A stretch of 64,000 nucleotides of DNA from the NCBI GenBank assembly GCA_965603825.1, contig CBFDEM010000020.1, positions 62,001-126,000 on the forward strand. The letters are read 5' to 3'. The position numbers were made by a program, and so were the translations under genes. Below, piece after piece: positions 47,185-59,914 of the stretch. Within the stretch, counting starts at the first letter, position 1. Each line of letters starts with the position of its first letter. This DNA comes from Blepharisma stoltei ATCC 30299. Taxonomy: Eukaryota > Protista > Ciliophora. Below the pieces are notes generated by a model. The model was not told where the DNA came from. It did not search any database and saw only the letters and a list, made by a program, of their open reading frames with translations.

Positions 47185-47847
47185 ATGGAAACCCCACCCA
47201 ATCATTCGAATAATAAGATTTCAAGCATTTCAACGAATCATGTAGAATTTGACTACTTATTAGAAGAAAGCCCATCTCCTCAAGAATACCTTTCTAGCCA
47301 AACAATAGCTACTCAATGCAGTCTACAAAATCCTCCCCAAGTTAATACTTCACATTTAATCGCTACTCAAAAGCCTTTAAATAGGCGACTTAACCGAATA
47401 AAAAATATTTCTTCAGTTTTTGATTCCACAAAAAATTCCAAAAAATCATCGAAGTTTTCAACTAATGAAAATAGATCAAAAAAAATAATTGACCGTGAAC
47501 AATCTACAACCCCGAGTCCAATGCAATCATCTTTAAGAGTTTCTCCTATAAAACGTTCATCAAGCCCACTAGAAAGAATCATTGGAATTTCTTCACCGGA
47601 GCGATCACATAATCTCAGTTGTCCCCGCGCTTCATTTCTTCCGCCCATATCTCTTAAAAAGCAAGCTCCATCACTCAAAACTCAGCTTCAAGCCCGTGTT
47701 TCTAATATAATGGAAGCCCAATCCTTAGCTTCTAAAAGACCTTATAATAACTCTCCGAGATTTTTCGATTGGCAAAATTGTTTAGTAAATTTCCTTAAAA
47801 AAAACAAGAAAAGGAATCTTTCATATGAAATGACAGTTTTAAATTAA
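47185..47847 (+). CDS. Hypothetical Ser/Pro-rich basic protein
   Basis: Open frame 47116..47847. The start is uncertain (ATG at 47125 or 47185). Confidence 0.6.
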   Translation: METPPNHSNNKISSISTNHVEFDYLLEESPSPQEYLSSQTIATQCSLQNPPQVNTSHLIATQKPLNRRLNRIKNISSVFDSTKNSKKSSKFSTNENRSKKIIDREQSTTPSPMQSSLRVSPIKRSSSPLERIIGISSPERSHNLSCPRASFLPPISLKKQAPSLKTQLQARVSNIMEAQSLASKRPYNNSPRFFDWQNCLVNFLKKNKKRNLSYEMTVLN

Positions 47848-47860
47848 ATTTAATAAAATT

Positions 47861-48379
47861 ATGTCAGATCAGCAAATCACATTAGTGACTAAAGAAGGTA
47901 TCAAGGTAAATACAAGAGAATCGTTCAGGAATCTTAGCCATCTTATAAACAATGTGCTAGAAGACTCTGGAGTCGGTGAAGAAATCCCTATAGAGCATGT
48001 TTCTAATAATGTTCTTCACAGCATTTTGCAATTCGCAGAGCACCATAATTTCCAGCCAGCAGCACCTCCAAAAAAGCCTATCCCTAGCAATGATATAGCC
48101 CAAGCTTTAGAAGACCCTTGGGACGCTGAATTTATTAAAAGATTCAACAGAGATGAATTAATAGAGCTTCTTCTGGCTGTAAATTACTTGGATATGCGGT
48201 CGCTTTTGGATATATGCTTTGCTACGATAGCTTCTATGTTTAAAGGAAAAAATATTGAAGAATTAAAGTCTGAATATGGGATAACAGAAGAATTTACCCC
48301 AGAAATGGAAGAACAATTGAAAAGGGAAAATGAATGGGCTTTGGAAGGAAGTGATAGAAATGACTTGAGAGCATCATAA
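47861..48379 (+). CDS. SKP1: SKP1-family protein
   Basis: IPIEHV..VLHSILQFAEHH, WDAEFI, ELLLAVNYLDMRSLLD, KGKNIEEL..EFTPE..ENEWA. Confidence 0.93.
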   Translation: MSDQQITLVTKEGIKVNTRESFRNLSHLINNVLEDSGVGEEIPIEHVSNNVLHSILQFAEHHNFQPAAPPKKPIPSNDIAQALEDPWDAEFIKRFNRDELIELLLAVNYLDMRSLLDICFATIASMFKGKNIEELKSEYGITEEFTPEMEEQLKRENEWALEGSDRNDLRAS

Positions 48380-48523
48380 AGACTGACTAGTTTTATAAAT
48401 AATTACTAGTTTTAGAGTTCATTTTATAATAATATAAATTGAGATAGCAAATTATTAGAGAGCTTTTAAGGTCAGAATAAAAAAATCATTTATTTAGTAA
48501 TCTGACTAGGATAATTTTGAAAA

Positions 48524-51500
48524 ATGGAAGCATTAAATGAAATAGAAGAACTCGTAAACTTAGGGGTCGAAGATAAATATTTTACTGTCATACTTAAAAA
48601 GAATTGTTTCACATATAGAGAATCAAAAATAATTCTGCTGCAAGGGAGATTTATGCTTAAAAATTTTGATCAAAAAAGGTTCAAAGAATTTTTGTGCTAT
48701 CTAGATATGATTGAAAATGTGACAATTACTGGAATTCCTGAGAAATTTAAGAATTTATATATAGAAAATTGAATAAGAGAATATTTAGAAATTCTTAAAA
48801 AGATTATTGATAATAAATCAACTGGATTATCAAATTTAGTTGCAAAAGCATTTGAAGATATTATAGAAAGAGGTCTAGAGTTATTTACAAAATTTTTAAA
48901 AAATCGAGGAAAATTTGCTGAAAATTCGACTTTGGTTTATTTAGGGATTCTTGATTTAATTCCTATTGAGAGCAAAGATATTTGCGACCTGTTCTTAGAA
49001 TGTATCAGCTATAATTATTTGATGGGAAAAATAACAGGTGGCGAATATGAATCTGTACATATAATTGTTTACAAAATTTTAACAGCTATTTTGAAATCTA
49101 ATAAAGAAACTTATAGTCTAAGGCGTGCTTTTATTACAGAATTATTTGAATTTGCTATAGAAATAAGCAACGATTTTTTATTGAAAAAAATTAAATCTGA
49201 AGGTGTGTTTATTTCAGTTTTTAAATTTGCATTAGAGTGCGTCGAAAATGATTTTCTTGATCATATAAGAATGTTAGATGACCATAAATATGTATTTAAA
49301 AATATTTGAGGATTTGTGATTTATATGTATGATGAAATTTATCAAAAAACAAGAAAATTTGCCATTTCAAATGAAATATTGGAAATTTCAAAACCAAAAA
49401 TAATAAATAAACTTAAGGAAAATTTAAGCCATTTAGATGATTGCTTAGAAATGTTTACAAACTTCTTTCACGAAGTCAATGAGGACCATTTATCGGACAA
49501 GCTTTCAGATATTTTGATAGATATACTAAAAATAGGAAATCAAGCAGAAATCACGATTGATTTATTGGATTATTTTACAAAACATTTGCAAATGAATTTA
49601 TTTTCAAATAAAAAATATATTAAATATTTGAAAAAAATATTGATACTATCTTCAAAGCCAGCTAGATCTGAACTATTTCTACAACTTAAGCCTGAACTTT
49701 CACCTGTTAAAAATTTTGAAAATATGATGACTGTTTATAATTTGTTCGATGATATTGATGAAAAACATATAAAAAAGATAGCTGTTAAATTATTCAAAAA
49801 TTATTTAATAGAACAAGATACGCATTCATACCGAAATTTATTGGCATTTTGTGAGAAATGTCCAAGTTTATTACTGAGAATGGAGCTTGAAATGTTAAGA
49901 AAAATCTTAGTATCAGATGATAATATTATGCTTAAACAAAAATACTTCAAAATTGCCTATGAAAAAGTTCTTGTTGTAATAAACCCTTTATATGGTTTAA
50001 AATTTGATGAAAATATCTTATTACCTATTGACAGAAATAAATTGAATGATTTATGGATTTATTTAACATTTTTTGAACAAGCTGGAAAAGTTTTCGGAAT
50101 TAATGCTGACTTTACACATATTTTTTCCATTCTTTCAAAGCTAAGCAGAGACCTTATAATTGAAAATTCCATAAATATAAGTAAAAATTCGAAAATATTA
50201 AAATCAAGATTAATTTTTATGATTCTTCAAGAAGAAATAAGAGAATTGCTCAAGGAAACATATGAAGCCAAGAAAACATGCAATAATTTATCCCTAGTTT
50301 ACTGTATAGCCATTTGTCATCATTTATCAAATTTATATTCCAGCAAATACTTTCTCCCTCTTATTTTTTCTTACTTATCACAAGAATCAGCACTTAAAGG
50401 AGATCTTAAAAGTATTTATACAAAAATTCTTATAAGTATTATAACAGAGTCATTTCATGAGCTTATGCATACTAAAATTACCTATGAATTATGATCAAAT
50501 AAGCTAATTTATGATATTTATGAATTAATGGAATCATCAATTTCTCATATAAAAATAGTTAAAGAAACGGCTCAAGAAATGCTATGTCTTTATTTATCAA
50601 AATTTAAAGGAAAATCATCAATGAGATTAAAATCATGCTACTTATTTTCCTTTCCTTGGATTTTTCAATATAAAGAAGTCATAAACAAAGCTCTAACTAT
50701 TTACTATGAACTAAATAAAAAAGATAAAAGTCAAAAAGATACAGAAATTGATATTATTTTTTTTCGAAAATTTATTTATGAAGGCCTTTTCAAGTCTTTT
50801 AAAAACAATAAAACTGCTTTTTCATCAGCAATTTCTGCTATTCTTTATGATATGAAAAATCAATCATCAAGCGCCAATGAATTTAAAATTTCAACTCTCA
50901 ATAATATTTATTGAGAATTTACAGCGAAAAAAATGAATAAAACATTTTCTGCAAATATGTCTTCTGGTAAGAAAATAAATGAAAACCAAAATAAAGCAAC
51001 TGATCTTATACAAGATCAAGACATTAATTCAAAGCTTACATTGCTAGTTAAAAATAGTCGTTTAACTCACAAATTCAGTATAAAGGATAACCATTTATCT
51101 ACCCCTATAATATTTTTGACGACCCAGCTGATTCTTGATAATAATATTTTTAACATACAATTTTACTTTAATTATCTTTGCAAGCTTAGTCTTATACCTG
51201 AGGAAATGAGTGATTTTATATGATGCTGAAAATGGATAATTTATACAAAAAGATTTTATATTGATAATTTATTTGAAAACCTCGAGAAAGAGTGAAAAAA
51301 TATGCTGAATCATGGAGGAATGGTCGCACCACAATGCCCTTATATAAATTCTTATAAACTGAAATATGAGTCTCCTCTTTTTGTCAACACTCAAAGTACA
51401 TATTATAATAATCGCTATAAATCTTGAGCAAACTCCACAAATTTAGAAGATTTTGTTTTATCTCAATCTCGATTTTTGCAGTTTTTAACTAAAGAATGCA

Positions 51501-53488
51501 GCCATATTTCAATTATTTCAGAAAAAGCTTTATTCAGCATAACTATGATGATAAATGAATTTCTATCAAAATCCATAAATCCAAGTATATTAGACAGCCA
51601 TAATTGTTTATATGAACAGATTTCATGTCTGGTTTTTATTATAAAACAAATTCATTTAATTTACAAATTTCGATTTTTACAAGGCAATTTTATTGATTTT
51701 ACTATGAGCATGTTTATGTTTTCTTCACGATGAGTTATGTGAAATTCTGGTGAAAAAACAGAAAAATTTTATAAGCTTATTTTAAATTTGATGGAGGTAT
51801 TAAATAAATAGTTAATTGCAAATTTAGAACTAGAAGAAAATAGTAATGAATGCAATAGAAACCGATTTTTTTTTCAAAAGTTTGAAGATTATCAATTCTT
51901 GGAAGGAAAAGATTTGAATTCTATAATTGCGACCAAAAGAGAGCTGCTATTAATTTTACTTCATAGTAAACTAAAGACCAATTTCCCAGATAAAACGGAA
52001 GCTTTCAGCTATCATCAACCGTAATCCTTATTAAGCCCCCATCCAAGCTGTCTTGAATCTCTACTTGAATGCTCATCCAAAAATGTGTATTTAATGGAAA
52101 ATTTTTATGATTCACTTAGTGTTGATGATAAGCGAGATTTACAGCCAAAATTTTCTGAATTTTATTTTGCTCAAACTTTACGAGATTCAATTACAGAAAA
52201 GCAATATTTGTTTTCTTCCTTTGCAGGATATCCAGAACTTTTAATGTCTTTAATTAGTAATGATCCTAATGAAAGAAGTTTTGGGCTAAAACAAATAGAA
52301 AGAAGCCAAAAAATCACCCAAATAAGCTTACTTCAAAATATAATTGCAATTGAAAATGCTAACTGAGATTGGGCATTATATGCGCGATGTAGTGGAGAAG
52401 AGAATATATGAACTTATATATATAGAATAAGCTCAAATTCTCCAGAAATGGCTATGATTATTCTAAATACCCTTGAAATTTCTATATTAAATCAAAATAA
52501 AGTTAGCAATACTATTGCAAAAGTAATCTACAAAAAAATTTTGAACTCACTTAAACAAGATTGACTAAACTGAAAAATTTACGTTGAAGAAAGCAATTTT
52601 TTCAGTAATCTTGCATTATTATCATATCGAAATTTAACAGAATACTCTGAAAAACTAAACCAAATGGTCACTACAAATTCTTCTTTTACTGCTTGAGTGC
52701 CGCCATTTCCTTTATTAAAAATCAAAGAAATAGTCTCAGAGAGTTGCTGTATAAATGATAATCCTCCAGCAATATCGTTTTATTATATTTCGCTTGAAAA
52801 TGAAAAAAGGTTTCTTACTATAAATACAAGTAATTTTCTCAAAAATTATCAATTTTATAATCAAATTTTCTTTTACTTGGATGAAATATCAAAAATTTCT
52901 GGATTACCTTTTAAATTTTGGAAATGCAATTTTTTAAATATGTATTTTTCTTTTGAAAAAGATAATATTATTGGAAATATTATTGATCAGGATTATCTTC
53001 AAGGTAATGCTCTAATTATTGATAATTTACCTCAAATTAATGAAAAATTAGAGCTGCAGAAACTAAAAGAAAATTTTATCACAAGTTATGCAGGATATTC
53101 ATTAAGTTTTTTTCTAATGAATATTTTTATGAAAGGAGATAAACTATTCAATATATCTGATGACTGATCAATTTTATCATTAAACTTAATCAATGTAAAA
53201 ATAATTAGCCACAACAGGCTAGGAATAGAAAAACAAATTTTTGCTAAATTTATACAAGGAGACCTACAAGCCTTCAATATATATAAAAACGCAATAATCC
53301 AAGGATATAAAGCTTTTCGATCTTTCCGCCACATTTTGCACCCTTTATTCCAAACAATAGAAATCTCTAATCCATTTTTTAAAAGCATCTCTAAATCTTT
53401 CGCAAAAAAAATCTGCTACCACAAATCATTATCCCACTCATTAAACTTCATTTCCCAACAAATTCTTGACCTTGATACCTCCTTCTAG
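48524..53488 (+). CDS. Large alpha-helical protein with degenerate PI4-kinase IIIalpha-like C-terminal domain, two 15-nt introns, about 1644 aa
   Basis: Eight ORF fragments share one frame. The only TAA/TAG interruptions fall inside 15-nt GT..AG introns. ENFITSYAGYSLSFFLMNI and IIQGYKAFR resemble the PI4KA C-lobe. Confidence 0.7.
51797..51811 (+). other. 15-nt intron
   Basis: GTATTAAATAAATAG; in-frame TAG; A at position 10. Confidence 0.8.
52021..52035 (+). other. 15-nt intron
   Basis: GTAATCCTTATTAAG; in-frame TAA; A at position 10. Confidence 0.8.
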
Positions 53489-53528
53489 GTGAATTTACTA
53501 TAAATTATCTTTAATTATCTATTTTAAT

Positions 53529-55742
53529 TTAATATGCTGAGAACGTTGTAACTACCCTTCCAATCGGCTGTCTACACACTGGACAATTCACAAAGTTCTT
53601 CGCACATTTAGTGCACATGACTCTATGAGCACATTCTAATACAACACTATCAATTTCCCTCTCATAACAAATTTTGCATAAATCCCTTTCCTCTTCTTTT
53701 TCTAATCTATCTGAAAGCTCTTTGACCTGCTGCTTCAAAAGTGCGTTTTGTTTAATTAATTCGCTCACATCAGAGCTGCTCATCATTTCTTCATCTTCTA
53801 CAAACAGCCTTGACAAGCTTGAGCTTGGCCTTGCGCTTAATTCTAAATTTTCACAAGCTAAAGTAATGACATACAAATCATTTTGCCTTCTCCCGTCAAA
53901 TCCTCCTAATATATACATTTGGTCCTTATTTAATAAAGCTCTATGAAAAGTCCTACTAGATGGGATGCTCCCTGTAACCCTTTTTAGCATCCATTCACGT
54001 GTGGTAATATTAAATTCATGAAGGTCGTTGTATCTGTTTTGGACTTTATCGACACCTCCAAAGATAAATAGACTGCCACTATAGGCAACGCAGGAATGTC
54101 TATAACGAGGGTTGGGTCGGATTCCTTGGATTCTGCGAAGTTCATATCAGATACTGCTGGCAAATGCGTATTGATAAAGGTCATCAAGGGTATCATGGCC
54201 ATCCCAACCTCCAAAAATGTACATGTTGTGGTGATATACAACTGCTGTGTGGCCAAACCTTGTTAATGGGACACTTCCTCCAGCTGGCATAAGAGACCAT
54301 TCGTAATTGTCTAAATTGCATGCATGCAGATCATTGTAACGATTTTTGCCATCATAGCCGGCAAAAATATAGATGGAATTTTCATATAAAACTGCTGTAT
54401 GGTCCGTCCTTGGGCTTGGAGCGTCACCAATAGGAAAAATTTTAGTCCAAAAGCTTGTTTCGACTTCGAACCTGTGAAGATCATTATAATAGCTACCATC
54501 TTTGCGTGTATATCCTCCAAATAAAAACAATGACTTATTATATCCCACTCCTTTAGCTCCAGATCTTGGTGTTGGAACTTGCCCTTGTGAGTTAGCTTGT
54601 GACCATACATTTGTATTGGTATCAAAAGAGTATAAGTCATTTCTCCTGTTATATTCGTCAGTGCCTCCAAAAACGTAAAAAACTCCATTTAGATTAATCG
54701 CACAGTGCCCAGTCCTAGCTGAATAAACATTTCCTGTGTACATAACTTCTGTCCATTTTAATTCATTATCTAAGCTAGGTTTTGACTCAGCCAGTGGATT
54801 TGATTCTAAGTCATCTTCAGGGCTGAGGTCTTGAAGGTACATTTTATACATATCATTTTGCCTTTGCCCATCAAACCCTCCTAATATATAGAAATATCCA
54901 TCAAAAACAACACCACGATGAAATGTCCTTGGAGTTGGAGAAATTCCTGGGACCTCTACTTTCATTCAGTGCCGCAAATTAATGTTCAGCTCATAAATGT
55001 CATCAAATCTTTGCTGCTCTTTATTTACTCCACCAAATATAAACATTGAATTTCCCATTGTGACTGCGCAATGTCTGTATCTTGGATAAATAAACCCTGA
55101 TGTGACTGCTTGTGACCATTTATTGGTAGTAAAAGAAAACAGTCACACGTCATTGAGCGTATCGTGCCCATTCCATCCTCCAAACAAAATCATCTTGTCC
55201 TTAGAAGTCACTGCTGTATGTCCAAACCTGTTTTCTGGTAACGTTTCGCTTTGAATTACCTTTCAAGTTAAGTCATGTAGATTAAATTGTATCAAATCAT
55301 TAAAACGGTGAGAACCATCATAGCCTCCAAACGCATACAAAGAATCCTTATAAAATACCAAAGAGTGGTCAGTACGTTTTTCAGGCCTGAAATTTGTGCT
55401 TGGGCGGACTTCTTGCCATTGTAGAGATGTTGTAGAGAACTGAAAAATATCATTGAAATATTCTCCTTCTTTTTTGGTATAGCCACCAAAAAAATATATG
55501 TTTGTCCCTACCATTGCACATTGACAGCCAGAACGAGGAGCTGGAGGGATGCCTGAAGGCTTAACTGAATGCCATACAAGATTTTGGGGATCGAAAATGT
55601 ATAAGTCATTTTTACGAGCTGCACCATCTGTACCACCGAATAGGTATATGTAGTGATCGTCACAAGTGACTGTGTGGCCTGTTCTAGCAGAATATATTTC
55701 ACCTTCTGCAGGGACTCGTTCCCATACTTTTGAGGATTCCAT
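53529..55742 (-). CDS. Double Kelch beta-propeller, coiled coil and C3HC4 RING protein (putative E3 ligase), 737 aa
   Basis: About 12 Kelch repeats (R.xH....Y.FGG.DG...ND...W, several W encoded by TGA) and C-terminal CKICYERE..VVLECAHRVMCTKC..CPVCR. Confidence 0.93.
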
Positions 55743-56120
55743 AATAGGAATTAAATTATATTTTGACGGAAGAGATATTTTTTTGGAAAGCTGCCTCGAG
55801 ATTTAGCTGAAGAATTGAGCTTGGAAATATAATAATAAAGGATGGAGAGTTTAAGAGATTTTCTGAATATTTTATGAGATGGCCACATATGAGTAATAGC
55901 AAAAAACAGTTTTCTTCAAAAGCTTATAAAACAAAAGCTTAATTTATTTCATCAATGTCAAGATACTGCTATGAATATTAAGGCTCTAGCATTTTTTAGC
56001 ATTATAGAATTATTAAAACAAATTAGTCTTTCTGAAGTGTTTTGAAGATTTTAATAAACATAAATAGTTCTTAATTATGCTTAATTAAATTCACATTCTA
56101 CAAAATTTATAAAAACCAAT

Positions 56121-57800
56121 CTAGTTATTAAAGTTATATAAATACTCTGAAAGTTTTGGATTATATTCTAGTGCATATCCCATTGGGCATAAGGGACATT
56201 GATAATCATCTTCCTTTTTAGTTTTAATTTTGCATTCCTTACAAATTTTATGTTTACATCTTGGATAAAGTATTAATGTTTTCTGAATAGTCGAGCATTT
56301 GCTGCATTGAGCTCTATTTATAAGTTTAATTTCTTCATCTTCTTTATTAGCAGCTTGATTTTGCATTCCATTTTGAATGGTGGAGAGTGCACTAGCAGTA
56401 TTATTTTGTAAAGTAAGTGTATTTGAATCAACTATTTCATGATAATTAAGATTTTCAACCCAAAGAACAGTCCCTTGGGCGCATTCTCAGCAATTAATAA
56501 GATATTGCCTAATATCCCCACTGTCGATAGCATAAATATAATTTTGGGGGACACATTGCTTGTGAAATGGCCAACGATGGATGCACGTAAATTGAGAATC
56601 ACTATTTTTGAAATTGCAAAAAACGCATTTATATGACAAAGAGGAGACTTTAATATCAGCTCCTGTTGATTTAGCAAAATTTATCAAGTCTGAGATATTG
56701 GGAGGCATTTGAGCAGAAATCGAGTCTGAAATGCGTAAAAAATAATTTTTTATTTTTGAGAATTTTACCCAGATTTTTATACGCTTATTTTTGAGCAAAC
56801 TATTTCAGTTTCATCCTTGATTTGCTTTTAATTTTGTAGAACTAGGTGGTTGCTGCTGAATGCCACTAGCCTTAACGGCAAGAGATCTTTTAGTCGCTTG
56901 AATTGGGCTTATTATTTGATTTTGGGGGTTATTTATTACCTGAGGTTTGCTTACACTCACAGAAGCAAGACTATTAGAAAGTCATACAAAATCAGGCCTT
57001 TTATCTTCATCAAAAATCAGCATACTTGTCAACATTTCTTTTATTCTATTACTATAGCCAATTTCCTGTATTCTTTCTCTCACTTTAAATTCTTGATTTC
57101 TTAAGTCAGTTAAGTCAGATAAATCTTTTAAGCTTGCCATATATAAAAACGTAAGCCCTAGAGAATAAACATCAGACTTAATAGGATCATGCTGTGCCAC
57201 TCCACTTCCAAGCCCTTCTCTAAAAATATTATACGCTTCTCTCAATTTCGGACTCAAATATAAAGGAGTCCCTGCTATTGTGAATTCTGAGTTTTCTAAT
57301 TTTAATGTTTTCCTTTTATAAGCACACCCTAAATCTGCAACTAGCAGATCACCATCATTACTAATTAAAATATTTCCTGGCTTTATATCTCTATGCACAA
57401 GCCCTTTCCTCTGTAGCCAACAATGGACATCAATAAGTGATTTAAAGTGATAAAGCAAGTTATTTTCACTTCATGGGCGGCTTTCTTTGATTCTTTTCCT
57501 GATTTCATTAGATAAATCTCCATTTGCGTAATAATCCATGACGAAAAAAGCATGTTCAATCATCGCCCCAGTTCCAGATAGGAAGCAAGCCATGACCTCT
57601 ACAATGTTTTGGTGCTGTAATGACGCCATTGCATAAGATTCATTTTGTATAGAATTTACTTCTTCAACTGAATTAACATTTAGCTTTTTAACTACAACTA
57701 TCCTACCGGTTTGGCTCATTCTTGCTTTAAATACTTCGACTGAGCTTGTTTTGTAGATGGTTTCTTCTTTTGTGAAGTCTCTTTCTGACACTGTTTCCAT
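56121..57800 (-). CDS. NEK-like Ser/Thr kinase with two C-terminal Cys/His zinc-finger-like regions, 559 aa
   Basis: VVVKK, HQNIV, HRDIKPGNIL, ADLG, AGTPLYLSP, KSDVYSLG. Four fragments share one frame. CVFC..C.H..H..C and CSKC..CKHKICKEC..CPLC. Ends at TAG. Confidence 0.88.
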
Positions 57801-58203
57801 TTCTTCGTTTTGCTATAAATTTATTAATTTATAATTAAATTTTAACATAAATTCAGACTTCCTTGAATAATGGATAAAGAGAGATTAGCTTTAAAATTAT
57901 TTTTAATAAATTACAGAAATATAATTTATTGTTAATTTCTTTCCAAACACTTTCGTTTTCAAATTAAATTTCTGTTTTTAACTACAATTTCTCTACCTAT
58001 TAGGCTTATTTTCGCTTTAAAAATTTTTCAGAGATTTTTTGCAAATAATTTCTTCTTTTGCGAAGTCCGCTTATGATACATTTTCTAAATTTAATATAAA
58101 ATCCAATATAATAATTTTTAACAAATAAATGTTATTTGTATCCTTTTATTTAGATATTAGAAAAACCAACCTTAAATGTTCTGATATTTTAATAATAAAA
58201 ATT

Positions 58204-58719
58204 ATGGGAAAAATTAAACTCGCGCTGTATGTTGGTGTTGGGATAGCTACCTATCAAATATTGAAAAATTCTATATGCTACGTTAGAAAGGATGAAAATG
58301 TAGTGATTTTTGATAAATTTGAAGGAGTTAGGAATATCGTATATGGAGAAGGGTTTCATTTTATATATCCATGGATTCAAATTCCTGTATATTTTAAAGT
58401 AAGTCCATCAGAATTATCATTTGCTCACAAGTTTTCAACTAAGGATTCACAGGGCGCGAATATTAAGCTCGATATAACCTATAGACCAGTAAAAAATGAT
58501 TTACCAAAAATTTACCTTAGTTTTGGCCTTGATTATGGAAAAAGAATTATTCCATCGCTAGGGCATGAAGTAGTCAAAGAAGTTATTAAGAATTATTCCT
58601 CTGCAGAATTAGATCAAGATCAAATTCTGAATAAAATAAAAGAAAACCTAATTCCAAGAGCATCAGAATTTTTTATCACTATAGATGATATAAAAATTAC
58701 TATTGAGAATTCAGCTTAA
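58204..58719 (+). CDS. Prohibitin-like SPFH protein lacking the C-terminal coiled coil, 171 aa
   Basis: VIFDKFEGV..VYGEGFHF.YPWIQ.P, TKDSQ..NI.L, LPKIY..FGLDY..RIIPSLGHEVVK, RASEFFITIDDIKIT. Confidence 0.85.
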   Translation: MGKIKLALYVGVGIATYQILKNSICYVRKDENVVIFDKFEGVRNIVYGEGFHFIYPWIQIPVYFKVSPSELSFAHKFSTKDSQGANIKLDITYRPVKNDLPKIYLSFGLDYGKRIIPSLGHEVVKEVIKNYSSAELDQDQILNKIKENLIPRASEFFITIDDIKITIENSA

Positions 58720-58791
58720 CATAATATCTTAAAAAAGCGCATTTATTCACAACTACCTTAAATAGATATTTTAGCTTACAATAACAAGCTA

Positions 58792-59631
58792 TTATTCTTC
58801 ACTGTCACTATCATCTTCGCTATCATTTTGTAGCTCATCTTCACTTATTTCAGCCCCTGCCTCTTCATTTGCATCATCAAGAAAGTTTTCAGGTCTCATC
58901 AAAATATTGATAGAAATTGGGACGATATTTTCCCCTTTCAAATTAAATAGTTTCAGTCCTTTCATAAACCCTTGGATTTTCTCTAAATCTCCTTCATTTT
59001 CACTGAGTTTAGCTAGAAATTCATTGGAGAGCACTTCATTTTGTTTTTTTCTGAAATCGTCTTTTATAGTTAATTCGCTGCCTTTTTCAGGGGACTTGTA
59101 GCCTAGCTTATTCATGATTTCTCCGACTTCTTTTAAAAGGATTGTTTCGTCCTTTTTGGCTCCATATTTGATTAGTTTGATACAAAGGGCAAAGGATGGA
59201 TTGATTTTTTCTTTTTTCATGCAGGAAAAGACAGATTTCACATTTTCTAGATCAGACTTTTTCATTAGGATTCCTAGAAGTTCTTCATATAATGCTGAAT
59301 CTAAAGAAACCCCAAAAATTTGGCTTTGATAAAAAATATTAAGTGTTTTGTCAATTTTCCCTGCTCTCATACACACCTCAATAGCAGCAATATAATCAAG
59401 CTCTTCTGGCTTTTTTTCAAGCTTTTGTGCAAGCTCTAATAATGTATATGCTTCTTTAGCTCGATTTGAGTTATTAAATCCCCACATAAGTGACGATAAA
59501 AGTTTAGGGTCCAGCTGTGCTAGTTCTTGAGAGTTTTGAGAAAGAAGAGAATAAGCTTTGGATCATTCTTTTTTGGATATACATTCAGCTAATGTGTGGA
59601 CTGCACGTATACATCTTTTAGCTAAATACAT
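58792..59631 (-). CDS. PPR-like repeat protein, probably mitochondrial, acidic tail, 279 aa
   Basis: ATG at 59631 is in frame through one TGA. YIAAIEVCMRAGKIDK..F..GV.LD...YEELL..VFSCMKKEKINPS follows the PPR pattern. Confidence 0.75.
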
Positions 59632-59914
59632 TTTTATAAAAATTCAATAAAGACAGCTTCAATAATAAGAAGAAGTGGGAAGTTGTCCGAAATGATTTAG
59701 GGTGAATAATAGAGTACTATAGAGAAAAGCCAAGGAATGATTTAAATAGATAAATGAATTCAAATTATAAAAAGGAAAGAAAATAATTCTTAGAAATATG
59801 AGATTATTAAATCCGGTAAATGAATTAAAAATAATAACGAACTATTTACAAAGAATAAGAATTTCTGCTTTCAAAAATTAGAAAACTTTATTTTAAGCTC
59901 TGATCAGAATAAAA

